In this document: piece after piece, positions 47,456-56,631 of the stretch
How the letters are laid out: each line of letters opens with the position of its first letter
Position numbering within the stretch: position 1 is the stretch's first letter
Source: Myxococcales bacterium
GTDB lineage: Bacteria > Myxococcota_A > Polyangia > Polyangiales > DASUME01
Assembly (NCBI GenBank): GCA_047601445.1
Contig: JASGJH010000001.1
Coordinates: 6,688,001-6,752,000 of the forward strand
Length of the DNA stretch: 64,000 nucleotides
Direction of reading: 5' to 3'
Program-made: the position numbers and the translations under genes
Notes under the pieces: model-generated
What the model saw: only the letters and a program-made list of their open reading frames with translations
The model's database searches: none
What the model was told of the DNA's origin: nothing

Positions 47456-48650
47456 CTAGAACGACCCGATCAAGAAGGAGCTCAGTGCGACCCGCGAGAG
47501 GTTGGGATCGGTGCCCCACCAATAGGTGAAGTTGGGGCCCGCGCCGAGGCCCCAGCTCTCCGTGAGATGGACGACCAGGGGCATGGCGATCCCAAAGCTG
47601 AGGGCCGTGGACCTGAAATCGGTCTGGGTCGACGAGTAGGAGTCGTAGTCGTAGGGGACGTGATAGTTGTTGTGGACCCAAGCGACGCCGAGCGCAGGCC
47701 ACAGCCAGAGGCCCACGTTGGCTCCGACCCGGGCTTCGTAGATCGCGTGCACGCTGCCACCCATGACGAGGGATTGCCGATTAAATCCGTAGCCCAGCGC
47801 TTCGTCTTGGCGCGACACGAGCAAGCTGGCTCCGATCGCGAATCGCTCGGCGATGAAATAGGCGAAGCCAGGCGTGAGCCCGAGGTTCCAGTGCCGCGAG
47901 TACCCGCTTGGCGAGTCGAGCCCGATGGTGACGCCGCCAGTCAGCATCCTTCGCCCGCGCGAGGTGAGCTTCGTTGTCTTCTTCTGTCGTGACACCTGCT
48001 CGGCGACGTCGTCGGCCCCGAACGATGCGGCGGTGGGCGCTCCACTCCCCGACACGAGCCGCAAGGCGCGGATCGCTGCAAGTTCGAGCTCAGCGGCTCG
48101 ACGCCGCTTTCGAACCGAATGAATCTTGATGGACCCGTAGATCGTGGCAGCCGTCGCGAGGATACCGGCCGCAAGGAGGGTCGCACCGATCCGACGCTCT
48201 CGTGCACCTTCCGAGGGCGAATAGGCGGGGTCATCGGGATAGTCTTTGTAGGTGTTCCCGTCCTCGACCAAGAGCGCGCCGATGGGCAGCAAGAATCGCG
48301 AGAGCAGGAATCCCCAGGCCCACCGAGAGACCGGGCAGCACCAATGAATTCCCGTCCAGCTCACGGGTGAGGGCCTCTTCGCGTTGGTCGAGTTGGCTCG
48401 CAGCGCGCGCGACTTCCACGGGGGAGGGGGCGGAAGGCGGCACGGATACCGCACTCGGAGGAGTGGATTCAAGGGCCGTTGAAGTGGATTCAAGGGCCGT
48501 TGAAGTGGATTCAGCGACCGGTGGAGCGGCTTCAGGGGCCAGAGGAGCCGATTCAGGGGCTGGAGGAGCGTCTTCCTGTGCAAGGGCGGAGCTGGGCAAG
48601 CCGAGCGAGACCACACAGGCGACGGACAGAATCGTACGGAAGAACGCCAA
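47456..48650 (-). CDS. Secreted/membrane protein with a C-terminal beta-barrel-like region; +1 frameshift at ~48290
   Basis: Signal MAFFRTILSVACVVSLGLPSSALA is in the 48231..48650 frame and switches at ATT C TTG CTG CCC into the 47456 frame, which ends in Phe. 21-bp repeat encoding ESTSTAL. Confidence 0.7.
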
Positions 48651-48845
48651 GGAGCACCGTCTAAGGCTGGAGACTCGGCACGCCTATCACAGCCCTGATA
48701 GCAGGCCAAACTCGAGCAGGGGTGACGACGCGCGGCTGTCGAAGGAACGGCCAGGGGTGATGCCCGCGACGAGTCTTGACCCATCGGTACCCACTATGCG
48801 CGGATGCGGCTTCAAAGCGCTTCCTTTGCTGGGGGACCCTACCTT

Positions 48846-50126
48846 ATGAGCCGACTCACTCGTACCGTCGCGGCCGCCGCCGCAACCCTTCTCGCCGCCG
48901 CTAGCAGCGGTGCCTGTGGCGACGGCGACGACCACGCTGCGCAGGGCGAGCTCGATGGTTCGGTTCGTCATGCTGATGCGTCGAATGACGGTGGCGGTCA
49001 CCCAGCGACCGACAATTCGGAGCCCGAAGCGGGCCCACTGTGGCACTTGAACGACGCGCTACGCGGCGGCGACCTGGGGGAGCCGGCACAGAGCAATCTC
49101 TTTTACTCGCCGCTGAGCATCGGCACTGCACTCGGCATGGTCTACGCGGGCGCCGCTGGGGACACCGAGCTGGAGCTGCACACCTTGCTCGCTCCCGGGA
49201 GGACGTTCGACGAGTTCCACGCGGATCTGGGTCAGCTTTTCTCCACGCTCGTCAGCATGGAGCCTGGTGGCAACACACTGCAGATTGCCAATGCGATCTT
49301 TCCTCGGCCAGGCTTCGAGCTCGAGCCGGCCTACCAACAGACGCTGGCGGACCGCTACCGCGCCGCGATCATGGTGACCGACTTTGCGAGCCCCGAGGCC
49401 GCGTCCATGATCAACAAGTGGACGTCGGAGCAGACCGGTGGACACATCCCGAAGCTGTTCGAAGAGGGGCAGCTGGACGCGACGACGGTGTGTGCGCTCG
49501 TCAATGCCATCTACTTCAAGGCCACGTGGAAGACCTCCTTCGACACGGCCAACACCGGCAACCAATCGTTCACTCTCGAGAGTGGTGAGAAGGTGACGGT
49601 GTCCATGATGCACGGCGAGGGGATGCCCGCGCGCATGGGCGAGATTGGCAGAGCGCAGGTGCTCGAACTGCCCTACCAGGGAGATGACCTGCGCTTCGTG
49701 GCCATCCTGCCGGGTTACGGGCAAACGGTCGCGGACCTCGAGAGCGACCTCGCGACGGAGGACGTAAGCACGGCCCTGAAGGCCACGCGCAACGTCCATG
49801 CGAAAGTGGCCATGCCTCGCTTCACCATGCGCAGCCGACTCGACTTGATTCCACCGCTGCGCAAGCTCGGGGTCACGACCCTCTTCGAGCCTGGCGCCAA
49901 TCTCACGCGCATGAGCGCCTCCACGGACATGTTCATCGACGTGGTGGTGCACGAAGCCTGGGTCGCGGTGGACGAAAACGGCACAGAGGCCGCCGCAGCC
50001 ACGGGCGCCGCCGGGCAAGAGTTCAGCGACCCTAGCATCACGTTGAACAGCCCCTTCCTGTTCTTGATCCGCGATGCCAAGAGTGGAGCCATTCTGTTCG
50101 AAGGTCGCGTGATGGACCCGCGTTAG
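48846..50126 (+). CDS. Serpin (serine protease inhibitor), lipoprotein
   Basis: NLFYSPLSIGTALGMVYAGAAG, LVNAIYFKATW, VLELPY, VDENGTEAAAAT hinge, NSPFLFLIRD...ILFEGRVMDP. Confidence 0.95.
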   Translation: MSRLTRTVAAAAATLLAAASSGACGDGDDHAAQGELDGSVRHADASNDGGGHPATDNSEPEAGPLWHLNDALRGGDLGEPAQSNLFYSPLSIGTALGMVYAGAAGDTELELHTLLAPGRTFDEFHADLGQLFSTLVSMEPGGNTLQIANAIFPRPGFELEPAYQQTLADRYRAAIMVTDFASPEAASMINKWTSEQTGGHIPKLFEEGQLDATTVCALVNAIYFKATWKTSFDTANTGNQSFTLESGEKVTVSMMHGEGMPARMGEIGRAQVLELPYQGDDLRFVAILPGYGQTVADLESDLATEDVSTALKATRNVHAKVAMPRFTMRSRLDLIPPLRKLGVTTLFEPGANLTRMSASTDMFIDVVVHEAWVAVDENGTEAAAATGAAGQEFSDPSITLNSPFLFLIRDAKSGAILFEGRVMDPR

Positions 50127-50193
50127 GCCTCAGGGATCCTCAAACGGCTCCAAACTTTCACCGGAACGCCACAGGCCCACTGCATAAGGGCTC

Positions 50194-52212
50194 ATGGTGC
50201 GCCAGCTCGTCGTATCGCCATCGCGGTTTGCTTCGATCCTTCCTCGCCTTGGACTCCTGTGCGCCTTGCTGCTCGCGGCGACGGGATGTGACGGTGATTC
50301 CAAGATTTCGCCTGGCGCGGCGCCTCCTCCTGCGGATGCCGGTACGTCGGGAACGAAGTTCTATGAGGTCGAGCTCGATGGTCGCATGGCCGTGCTCGAG
50401 CTCGTGCCCAACGAGGGCGTTCTCGCGAAGGACTACCGCGAGTACATGGCGACGTCCGACGGCCTCGAAGAGATGCCGACGCCGGGGAACCGGACTGCGT
50501 GCATGTTCCGTGGAGGTGCGGCCTGGGCCGACGGCGCGGACAGCACGGGGCCACGCTGGAGCGCGCTGAATACCTGCGCTGGTTTCCAGGGATTGATCGC
50601 CCTCGACGGTGAGACCTTCATTCTTGCGCCTGGTGGTGCGGACAACGAGGTCTTGGTCTCTCGCTTGAGTGAAGGGGCCAACGCACCGGTCACCCGCGCC
50701 CGGATCCGCCTGATCGAGCGTGCGCACGGCACCGTGCAAGGGCTGACCGCGGCGCTGGTCACGCCGACCCGATATCTGGAGCTCGTGGTGGTGAGCGATG
50801 CGGCTCGCTTCGAAGCACTCGGTATGGATGCGATGACGGACGCGGTGCAGATCGCGAACTTGACCGATGCCATCTATCGGAACGGGACGATATCGCCTGC
50901 GGTCGCCATCGTCGTCACGGCCAACGTCGTGATTCCCGGTGGTACGGACCCCTGGACCGTCCCGCCCTCGGGGGACGTGGACCCATCGGTGGTGCTGACG
51001 AACTTCTCGGGCTGGGCACGTACCCATCTGCTCAAGGGCGACGAGCATTTCCTGCTCACACAGCGTGAACTGACGGATGCGACGGTCGGGCTCACCTACG
51101 TGAGTGCGGCATGCAAGACCTTCAAGCAAGGCATGGTGCAAGCTACGTTTCCGCAAGCGATCACTGCGACGACGCTCGCGCACGAGCTGGGACACAGCCT
51201 TGGCATGTCGCACGATGGCAGTTCAGCATCCTGCCCCTCGGGTCCCTGGATCATGGCTCCGAACGTGTCGACGCCACCCGCGACGACCTGGTCTGCGTGC
51301 AGCGGGACGGCGCTCGCGAGCTATGTAGCTTCGCTCGGGTCGCCTGGATGCCTCGATAACGTCCCCGTCCCGGACACCACAGCGCCGACCTGTGGTGATG
51401 GCTTCCGTGATCCTGGCGAGCACTGTGACTGCGGCAGCAACGACTGCACCGGCTTCGACCCCTGCTGCAACGGGCTCACCTGCCAGCTCGTCGCGGGCGC
51501 CAGTTGCAGTCAGCTGGATGGTTGCTGCAACAACTGCCAGGTCGCGCCACAAGGCACCACCTGTGAGGCCGCGACGGTGTGCTCGCCGGCAGCGGTCTGT
51601 TCGGGCACCAGCTCGGCCTGTCCGAAACCCGCACCGTTTGCCAACGGCAGCGCCTGCGCCGTCGCTGGATTCACGGATGGCGTTTGCTTCCAGGGCCAGT
51701 GCGAGAGCCTCGGCCAGCAATGTGACGACGTACGTCCTGGCTCCGTTCCTTGCGGGACCGGGTGCGACGCTCTCCCCTGCCGAGATGCGACCTACGGGTG
51801 CGTCGACTGGCTAGTGGAGGCTCAGGACGGCACGCGCTGCGGCAGCGGTCGCCAGTGCGACCAGGGGAGCTGCGTACTCACCTCCACGCTTGCGTTGTGT
51901 GCCCACGACCTGCCCACGAACGCGTGCGGCGGCTGCTCCAGCTTGGCCGTCGCCCCCGGCACCGCCTGCAACACCTGCGGCGTGATGAACTGCGTCTCGC
52001 CGAGCGAAGTGAGGTGCAGTGTCGCCAACGCGAGTGCGTGTCCGAACCCCAACGCCAGCCCCGTGCCAGTGGGCTCTACCAGTCACCTGCTGCTGGTCGC
52101 CTTGGCGTTGCTGGCGATGGGAGGACTGGGCTTGTCCCGCGAGTTCGCCATCACACGCCTGGAAAAACTCCGAGGCGCGCGGGCTCGCGTATACAATCGC
52201 GCCCATGAGTAG
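50194..52212 (+). CDS. ADAM-like protein: M12B pro-domain, reprolysin metalloprotease, disintegrin, Cys-rich region and C-terminal TM
   Basis: RYLELVVVSD, HELGHSLGMSHD, WIMAP Met-turn, CGDGFRDPGEHCDCG...CC...CQL...C...CCNNCQ. Confidence 0.9.
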   Translation: MVRQLVVSPSRFASILPRLGLLCALLLAATGCDGDSKISPGAAPPPADAGTSGTKFYEVELDGRMAVLELVPNEGVLAKDYREYMATSDGLEEMPTPGNRTACMFRGGAAWADGADSTGPRWSALNTCAGFQGLIALDGETFILAPGGADNEVLVSRLSEGANAPVTRARIRLIERAHGTVQGLTAALVTPTRYLELVVVSDAARFEALGMDAMTDAVQIANLTDAIYRNGTISPAVAIVVTANVVIPGGTDPWTVPPSGDVDPSVVLTNFSGWARTHLLKGDEHFLLTQRELTDATVGLTYVSAACKTFKQGMVQATFPQAITATTLAHELGHSLGMSHDGSSASCPSGPWIMAPNVSTPPATTWSACSGTALASYVASLGSPGCLDNVPVPDTTAPTCGDGFRDPGEHCDCGSNDCTGFDPCCNGLTCQLVAGASCSQLDGCCNNCQVAPQGTTCEAATVCSPAAVCSGTSSACPKPAPFANGSACAVAGFTDGVCFQGQCESLGQQCDDVRPGSVPCGTGCDALPCRDATYGCVDWLVEAQDGTRCGSGRQCDQGSCVLTSTLALCAHDLPTNACGGCSSLAVAPGTACNTCGVMNCVSPSEVRCSVANASACPNPNASPVPVGSTSHLLLVALALLAMGGLGLSREFAITRLEKLRGARARVYNRAHE

Positions 52213-52618
52213 TACCCATGCCGACGAGCCGCTGCACCCGAACGTCGCGGCCTACTGGCGCTTGATCGAGGCCTTCAATCGCAACGACCTGGAGACCGTG
52301 GGCGCGGTGCTCGACCCGGACATCGTTTACACCATCCCGGGCCAAAGTGCGGTCGCTGCCCGCACACGTGGAATCACCGCTCACTTGGAAGCGCTGCGAC
52401 GCACCCGTGAGCGAAGCGGCAATACACTCAAACTGGAACCGAAGACCGTGGTGGCGGGCGGTGACCGAGTGTTCGTGTTCGGACGCATTTCCGCCGAGCG
52501 CAACGGTGTGCACTTCGAGAGCGACCACTATGTGGTCTTTCGATTTGCGAACGGTCGCATCGTGGAAGGCATCACACTACCTGTCGATCAGTACGCCTTC
52601 GACGCGTTTTGGGCCTGA
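52205..52618 (+). CDS. SnoaL/NTF2-like protein
   Basis: LIEAFNRNDLETV...DPDIVYTIPG...VFRFANGRIVE...DAFW; overlaps the ADAM stop. Confidence 0.9.
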   Translation: MSSTHADEPLHPNVAAYWRLIEAFNRNDLETVGAVLDPDIVYTIPGQSAVAARTRGITAHLEALRRTRERSGNTLKLEPKTVVAGGDRVFVFGRISAERNGVHFESDHYVVFRFANGRIVEGITLPVDQYAFDAFWA

Positions 52619-52737
52619 GTAGGATTTCGTTGTGCCGCATGGAGTGGCTTTGTACGATCCCCTTCGAGCTTGATGCCGCGTTTGCGCCTTTCTACGAGTG
52701 AGAGAGCACGAGCAGCGGTCACAGCGGAGCGAAAGCT

Positions 52738-53205
52738 ATGTCGTACACGTCTTGCGTTCTTCCGGGGCTAGTCACCATCCGTTGGGGAGAAACCCCCGAC
52801 CCGATCGATGTCCACGCCTATGCCGGTGAGCTCGCGCGAGCGCGCCAACAGCAAGGCAAGCCACCGATTGCGATGTTCATCATGCCGGTCGACAGCGGCG
52901 CGCCCTCGGAGGAATTCCGCAAGGCCCAGGCTGGCATGTTGCCGTCGATCATGGCGAACATCGACTACGCGGTGGCGGTGTTCGAGGGCACCGGCTTTAC
53001 CTCGAGCCTGAAGCGCAGCGCCCTGGTGGCCATTCTCTTCCTCTCTGGCAAACGTCACGCGGTTCACGTTCGGTCGACCGTCGAGGAAGCGCTGGTCCGC
53101 GATCCGCCAAAACCGCTCTCCTTCGACGGATCGAAGGCCATCGCCGAGCTCAGTCGTCGGGGCATCCTCACGAAGGATGTCAGCCTCGCTTCGCACGGGG
53201 TCTGA
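52738..53205 (+). CDS. Hypothetical protein (STAS/SEC14-like, myxobacterial)
   Basis: APSEEFRK...AVAVFEGTGFTSSLKRSAL...STVEEAL pattern. Confidence 0.55.
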   Translation: MSYTSCVLPGLVTIRWGETPDPIDVHAYAGELARARQQQGKPPIAMFIMPVDSGAPSEEFRKAQAGMLPSIMANIDYAVAVFEGTGFTSSLKRSALVAILFLSGKRHAVHVRSTVEEALVRDPPKPLSFDGSKAIAELSRRGILTKDVSLASHGV

Positions 53206-53217
53206 CCCGCCTCGGCC

Positions 53218-55089
53218 CTAGCGCTTGGCGGCATCCACGGACGCGAAGAACTGCGCGAGCGTCTGAACGCGTCGCACCAGGGTCGGCGGAGCCTCGCTCG
53301 GATCGACCACCGCGTCGATGAGCACCGGGCCGTCGCTTTGCAGCGCCTCGGTGAGCGCACGCCGGAACTCGGACACGCTGGTCGCGCGCACGCCCCGGGC
53401 GCCCATCGCGCAGGCCATGGCCGCGCAATCGATGGGCACATTGTACAGCGCCACGCCCAGGTCCTTGCCCTTCATGAGCTTGTCACCGTGGTGCACCATG
53501 CCGTGGCCGCCGTTGTTCAGGACGACCCACACGATGGGCAGGCGTTGCTCCACCGCGGTGTGGACCTCCCACCCGGTCATCGCGAAGGCACCATCGCCGA
53601 CCAGTGCCACCGCTCTGCGCTTGGGCGCCGCCATGGCCGCGCCGACCACGCCTGCGACCGCGCTGCCCATGCAGGAGAGGCCCAGGTCGATGAAATAGGT
53701 GTCGGGCTTGCGAGCCTCGAAGTAGTGGGTGCCCCACAGAATGCTGTTGCCGTTGTCGACGAAGAGCATCGTGTCGTCGCTCATGGCGTCGCGTAGCTCC
53801 TTCATCACGGCCTGCGCGCGCAGTGGGCTCTGTTCGTGGGCGACTGGGGTGGCCACCGTGCGGAGATCGGGCGCTTCGAGGCGGTGCCAGTTCTCTTCCA
53901 CCGGCGCACGCTCGGACAACGCGAGCCCCGCCGTGAGCTCGTGCAGCGTGGCGCGTGCGTCACCCACCACGGCGACGTCGACTGGATAGTTCTTGCCGAT
54001 CGATCCGGCGTCGATGTCGATATGGATGCACACGGTGTCCGGATGCAGCTTCAGCGTCCAGGCGTTGGTGACGAACTCGTTCATGCTCGAGCCCACGATC
54101 ACCAGCGCATCGGCGGCGCCGGAGGCGAGCAGCTCCTCCACCTTGCCTTGGCCCCCAAAGCCCAGCACGCCCAGGGAGAGCGGGTGGTTCTCGGGGAATG
54201 CCCCCTTGCCTTTCGGAGAGGTCGCTACCGGTGCGCCGAGTGTGCACGCAAGCTGCATAAGCTCGTCGAACGCCTTGGAGCAGGAGACACCGTAGCCCGC
54301 CAGAATGCAGGGTCGCGTCGACGTCGACAGCGCGGATACGGCATCCGCCACGGCCTGGGTATCCACGGGCCTCGCGTCCATCGAGCGATACTCCGCGGGC
54401 TTGAGCGGCTCGTACTTGATGGGCCGTGAGATGATGTCGGCCGGCATGCTCAGATGCACGGGCCCGTGCCGTCCCGAGAAGGCAGTGCGGATCGCGAGCC
54501 TCAGAATGTCCGGGCCGCGTCCCGCCTCGGGCAAGCTCGCCGAGAGCTTGGTCACAGGTCGAAACATCTCGACGACATCGATGCCGTGGATGGAGCTCTC
54601 CTGGATCGCTCCCTTGCCATAGACGAAGCGCGCGACCTGTCCCGTGAGCATCAGCACAGGAAGCGACTCCGTGTACGCGCTCGCGATACCCGTGAGGGCG
54701 TTGGTCGCACCTGGTCCGCTCGTAGCGCAGCACACCGCGAGAGTCCGCGTGATGCGCGCGTGGGCCGCGGCCATGAACGCGGCACCTGCTTCATGCTTGG
54801 CGAGCACGAAGCGGATGGTCTTGCGTGCATGCATCGCCTCGAAGAGGCCAGTGAGCGGCCCGCCGGGAACACCGAAGATCGCGGTAACCCCCTCGGCCTC
54901 CAGGATGTCGAGGAATGCATTGGCGACCGTGGTCTCCACCGCGGGCGCGCGCCTGCGCTGCGGAATGACGCCAGTACGGCGGCCGCGTGTGAGCGACTCG
55001 CGATCGTTGGCCGGAGTTTGGGTCGCGAACTTGCTCAGGCCATGGGGGGCCGTGAGCTCGTCGTGTGAGCGCGTCTTGGGTACTGCCAT
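53218..55089 (-). CDS. Thiamine pyrophosphate-binding enzyme (acetolactate synthase large-subunit-like)
   Basis: IFGVPGG, KHEAGAAFMA, TSGPGATN, GDGAF...LNNGG ThDP motif. Confidence 0.92.
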   Translation of the reverse strand: MAVPKTRSHDELTAPHGLSKFATQTPANDRESLTRGRRTGVIPQRRRAPAVETTVANAFLDILEAEGVTAIFGVPGGPLTGLFEAMHARKTIRFVLAKHEAGAAFMAAAHARITRTLAVCCATSGPGATNALTGIASAYTESLPVLMLTGQVARFVYGKGAIQESSIHGIDVVEMFRPVTKLSASLPEAGRGPDILRLAIRTAFSGRHGPVHLSMPADIISRPIKYEPLKPAEYRSMDARPVDTQAVADAVSALSTSTRPCILAGYGVSCSKAFDELMQLACTLGAPVATSPKGKGAFPENHPLSLGVLGFGGQGKVEELLASGAADALVIVGSSMNEFVTNAWTLKLHPDTVCIHIDIDAGSIGKNYPVDVAVVGDARATLHELTAGLALSERAPVEENWHRLEAPDLRTVATPVAHEQSPLRAQAVMKELRDAMSDDTMLFVDNGNSILWGTHYFEARKPDTYFIDLGLSCMGSAVAGVVGAAMAAPKRRAVALVGDGAFAMTGWEVHTAVEQRLPIVWVVLNNGGHGMVHHGDKLMKGKDLGVALYNVPIDCAAMACAMGARGVRATSVSEFRRALTEALQSDGPVLIDAVVDPSEAPPTLVRRVQTLAQFFASVDAAKR

Positions 55090-55295
55090 AGGGGGTGCGA
55101 GGTGCAGCCACGCGGCGAACGGCTCGCGACGGTGCGTAAATGATCCTCGCTATGCAGTTGAGCAAACATTGTCCCTGCGTCGCAAGGCGCAAAATTGGTT
55201 GCAACGCCTGCGTACACCGCTTGTTTCCCATGCGCTGCTACGCACGGCGTCGCCCAGCTACATGGCCCCAGACGGGACCGAGCCAATGTGAGCAG

Positions 55296-56438
55296 TCAAT
55301 TCGTGCAGACGGGAACTTCGACGGGCACACACACGCCGCCTTCGCAACGACGGCTCTCGCACTCCGGGGTGGCGCGGCAAGACTCGCCCGCGCTCAACGG
55401 GGGCGTGCAAAGGAACCTTTCATTGCAGAAGAGCCCCGGTTCGCACCGCTGTTGGCCGTTGCAACTTTGACCGTTTCCGACTCGCTCGACTGCTGCGCAC
55501 GTCCGCGTCGCCTCGTCGCAGCGTAGGTCCTTCGTCACGTCGCAGACATGGAACGTGCCGTCGTCGGCGATGCTGAACTCGCCGTCGGTGACGCAAGTTT
55601 CGCCCTCGGTGCGCAGCGTCACCGCCACGCACGTTCTGCCCGCTCCCGCGCCCGCGCCTGCGCCCGCTCCCGTGCACAGCGCTCCGCGGACGCAGCGGTC
55701 GGTGTCGTTGCACGGTTGGCCCGCGGCGACCGGCAGTCGACAGGTGCCGTCCGGATGGCAGTAGGCGTCTTCTTCGCAAACATGGCCCGCGACGGCGCAG
55801 GATTCGCCCACCGTGACCGTTCGAGCTACCACGCAGACGCTCTGGAGGTCCTTGCCGCGGAGGCACGCGACGAACGCCTCGCCTGATTGCTCACAGCCGA
55901 CGCTCTCGACACAGGGCCCCCCGAGCTTGGCTGGAGCGGGCGCCGCACCGCACTGGCCACACGACGCGCGCGAGCCGCCCTCGCAGTTACGGGAGCTGCA
56001 CTCTTGGTGCGACGCACAGGACGCGCCCTGGGCCAACGTCCCGACCAGCGCGAGGCCGCAGATGACGTCGGACTCGCATGAGCTGATGGCTGCCAAACAG
56101 CGCTCGGCCGCCTTCGGCTCGATCTTCGTGTGCCCGCGCGCAACGAGGGTTTGGAGCTCATCGTCCTCGTCGATGTAGTCCGCGCAGCCATCGGCCAGGC
56201 CAATGCCCACGCTGGAAGGGCCGACGGCATGGATCTGATCGGAGCACCTCGCGACGTACTCGCAGACCGCGCTATTGCGAGCCGCGATGAACTCCTTGGG
56301 GGTCATGTCTCCGGACGAACCGCCGTTCGAGCAACTCGCGAGGCCGAGGAGGGTCAGCGGAAGAAGGGAGGGGGCGAGCCTGGACGGGCGGAAGGAGCTT
56401 GAACGGTCGGGGGCCGCGGGGGCCGAGAACATGAGCAT
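55296..56438 (-). CDS. Cys-rich repeat lipoprotein (Dickkopf-like Cys repeats)
   Basis: LGLASC lipobox; repeated GxxC...C motifs; start uncertain. Confidence 0.75.
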   Translation of the reverse strand: MLMFSAPAAPDRSSSFRPSRLAPSLLPLTLLGLASCSNGGSSGDMTPKEFIAARNSAVCEYVARCSDQIHAVGPSSVGIGLADGCADYIDEDDELQTLVARGHTKIEPKAAERCLAAISSCESDVICGLALVGTLAQGASCASHQECSSRNCEGGSRASCGQCGAAPAPAKLGGPCVESVGCEQSGEAFVACLRGKDLQSVCVVARTVTVGESCAVAGHVCEEDAYCHPDGTCRLPVAAGQPCNDTDRCVRGALCTGAGAGAGAGAGRTCVAVTLRTEGETCVTDGEFSIADDGTFHVCDVTKDLRCDEATRTCAAVERVGNGQSCNGQQRCEPGLFCNERFLCTPPLSAGESCRATPECESRRCEGGVCVPVEVPVCTN

Positions 56439-56631
56439 GCCGCAGGCAAAGCAACCGTTGTGCCGAAGGTTGAGGCGCCAAATCGGGGCCCGGCGGCCCT
56501 CGGGTGGCATGTCGTTCACAAATTGGCGTGAGCCGCAGGCACGCTGGGCCATTCAGGCCCGTCCGTGCCCCTCGGTTCACGGGTCCAGTTGTCTGCGGGC
56601 CCGAAGGGCTCCGGGTCGAGCGGGGCCTACC

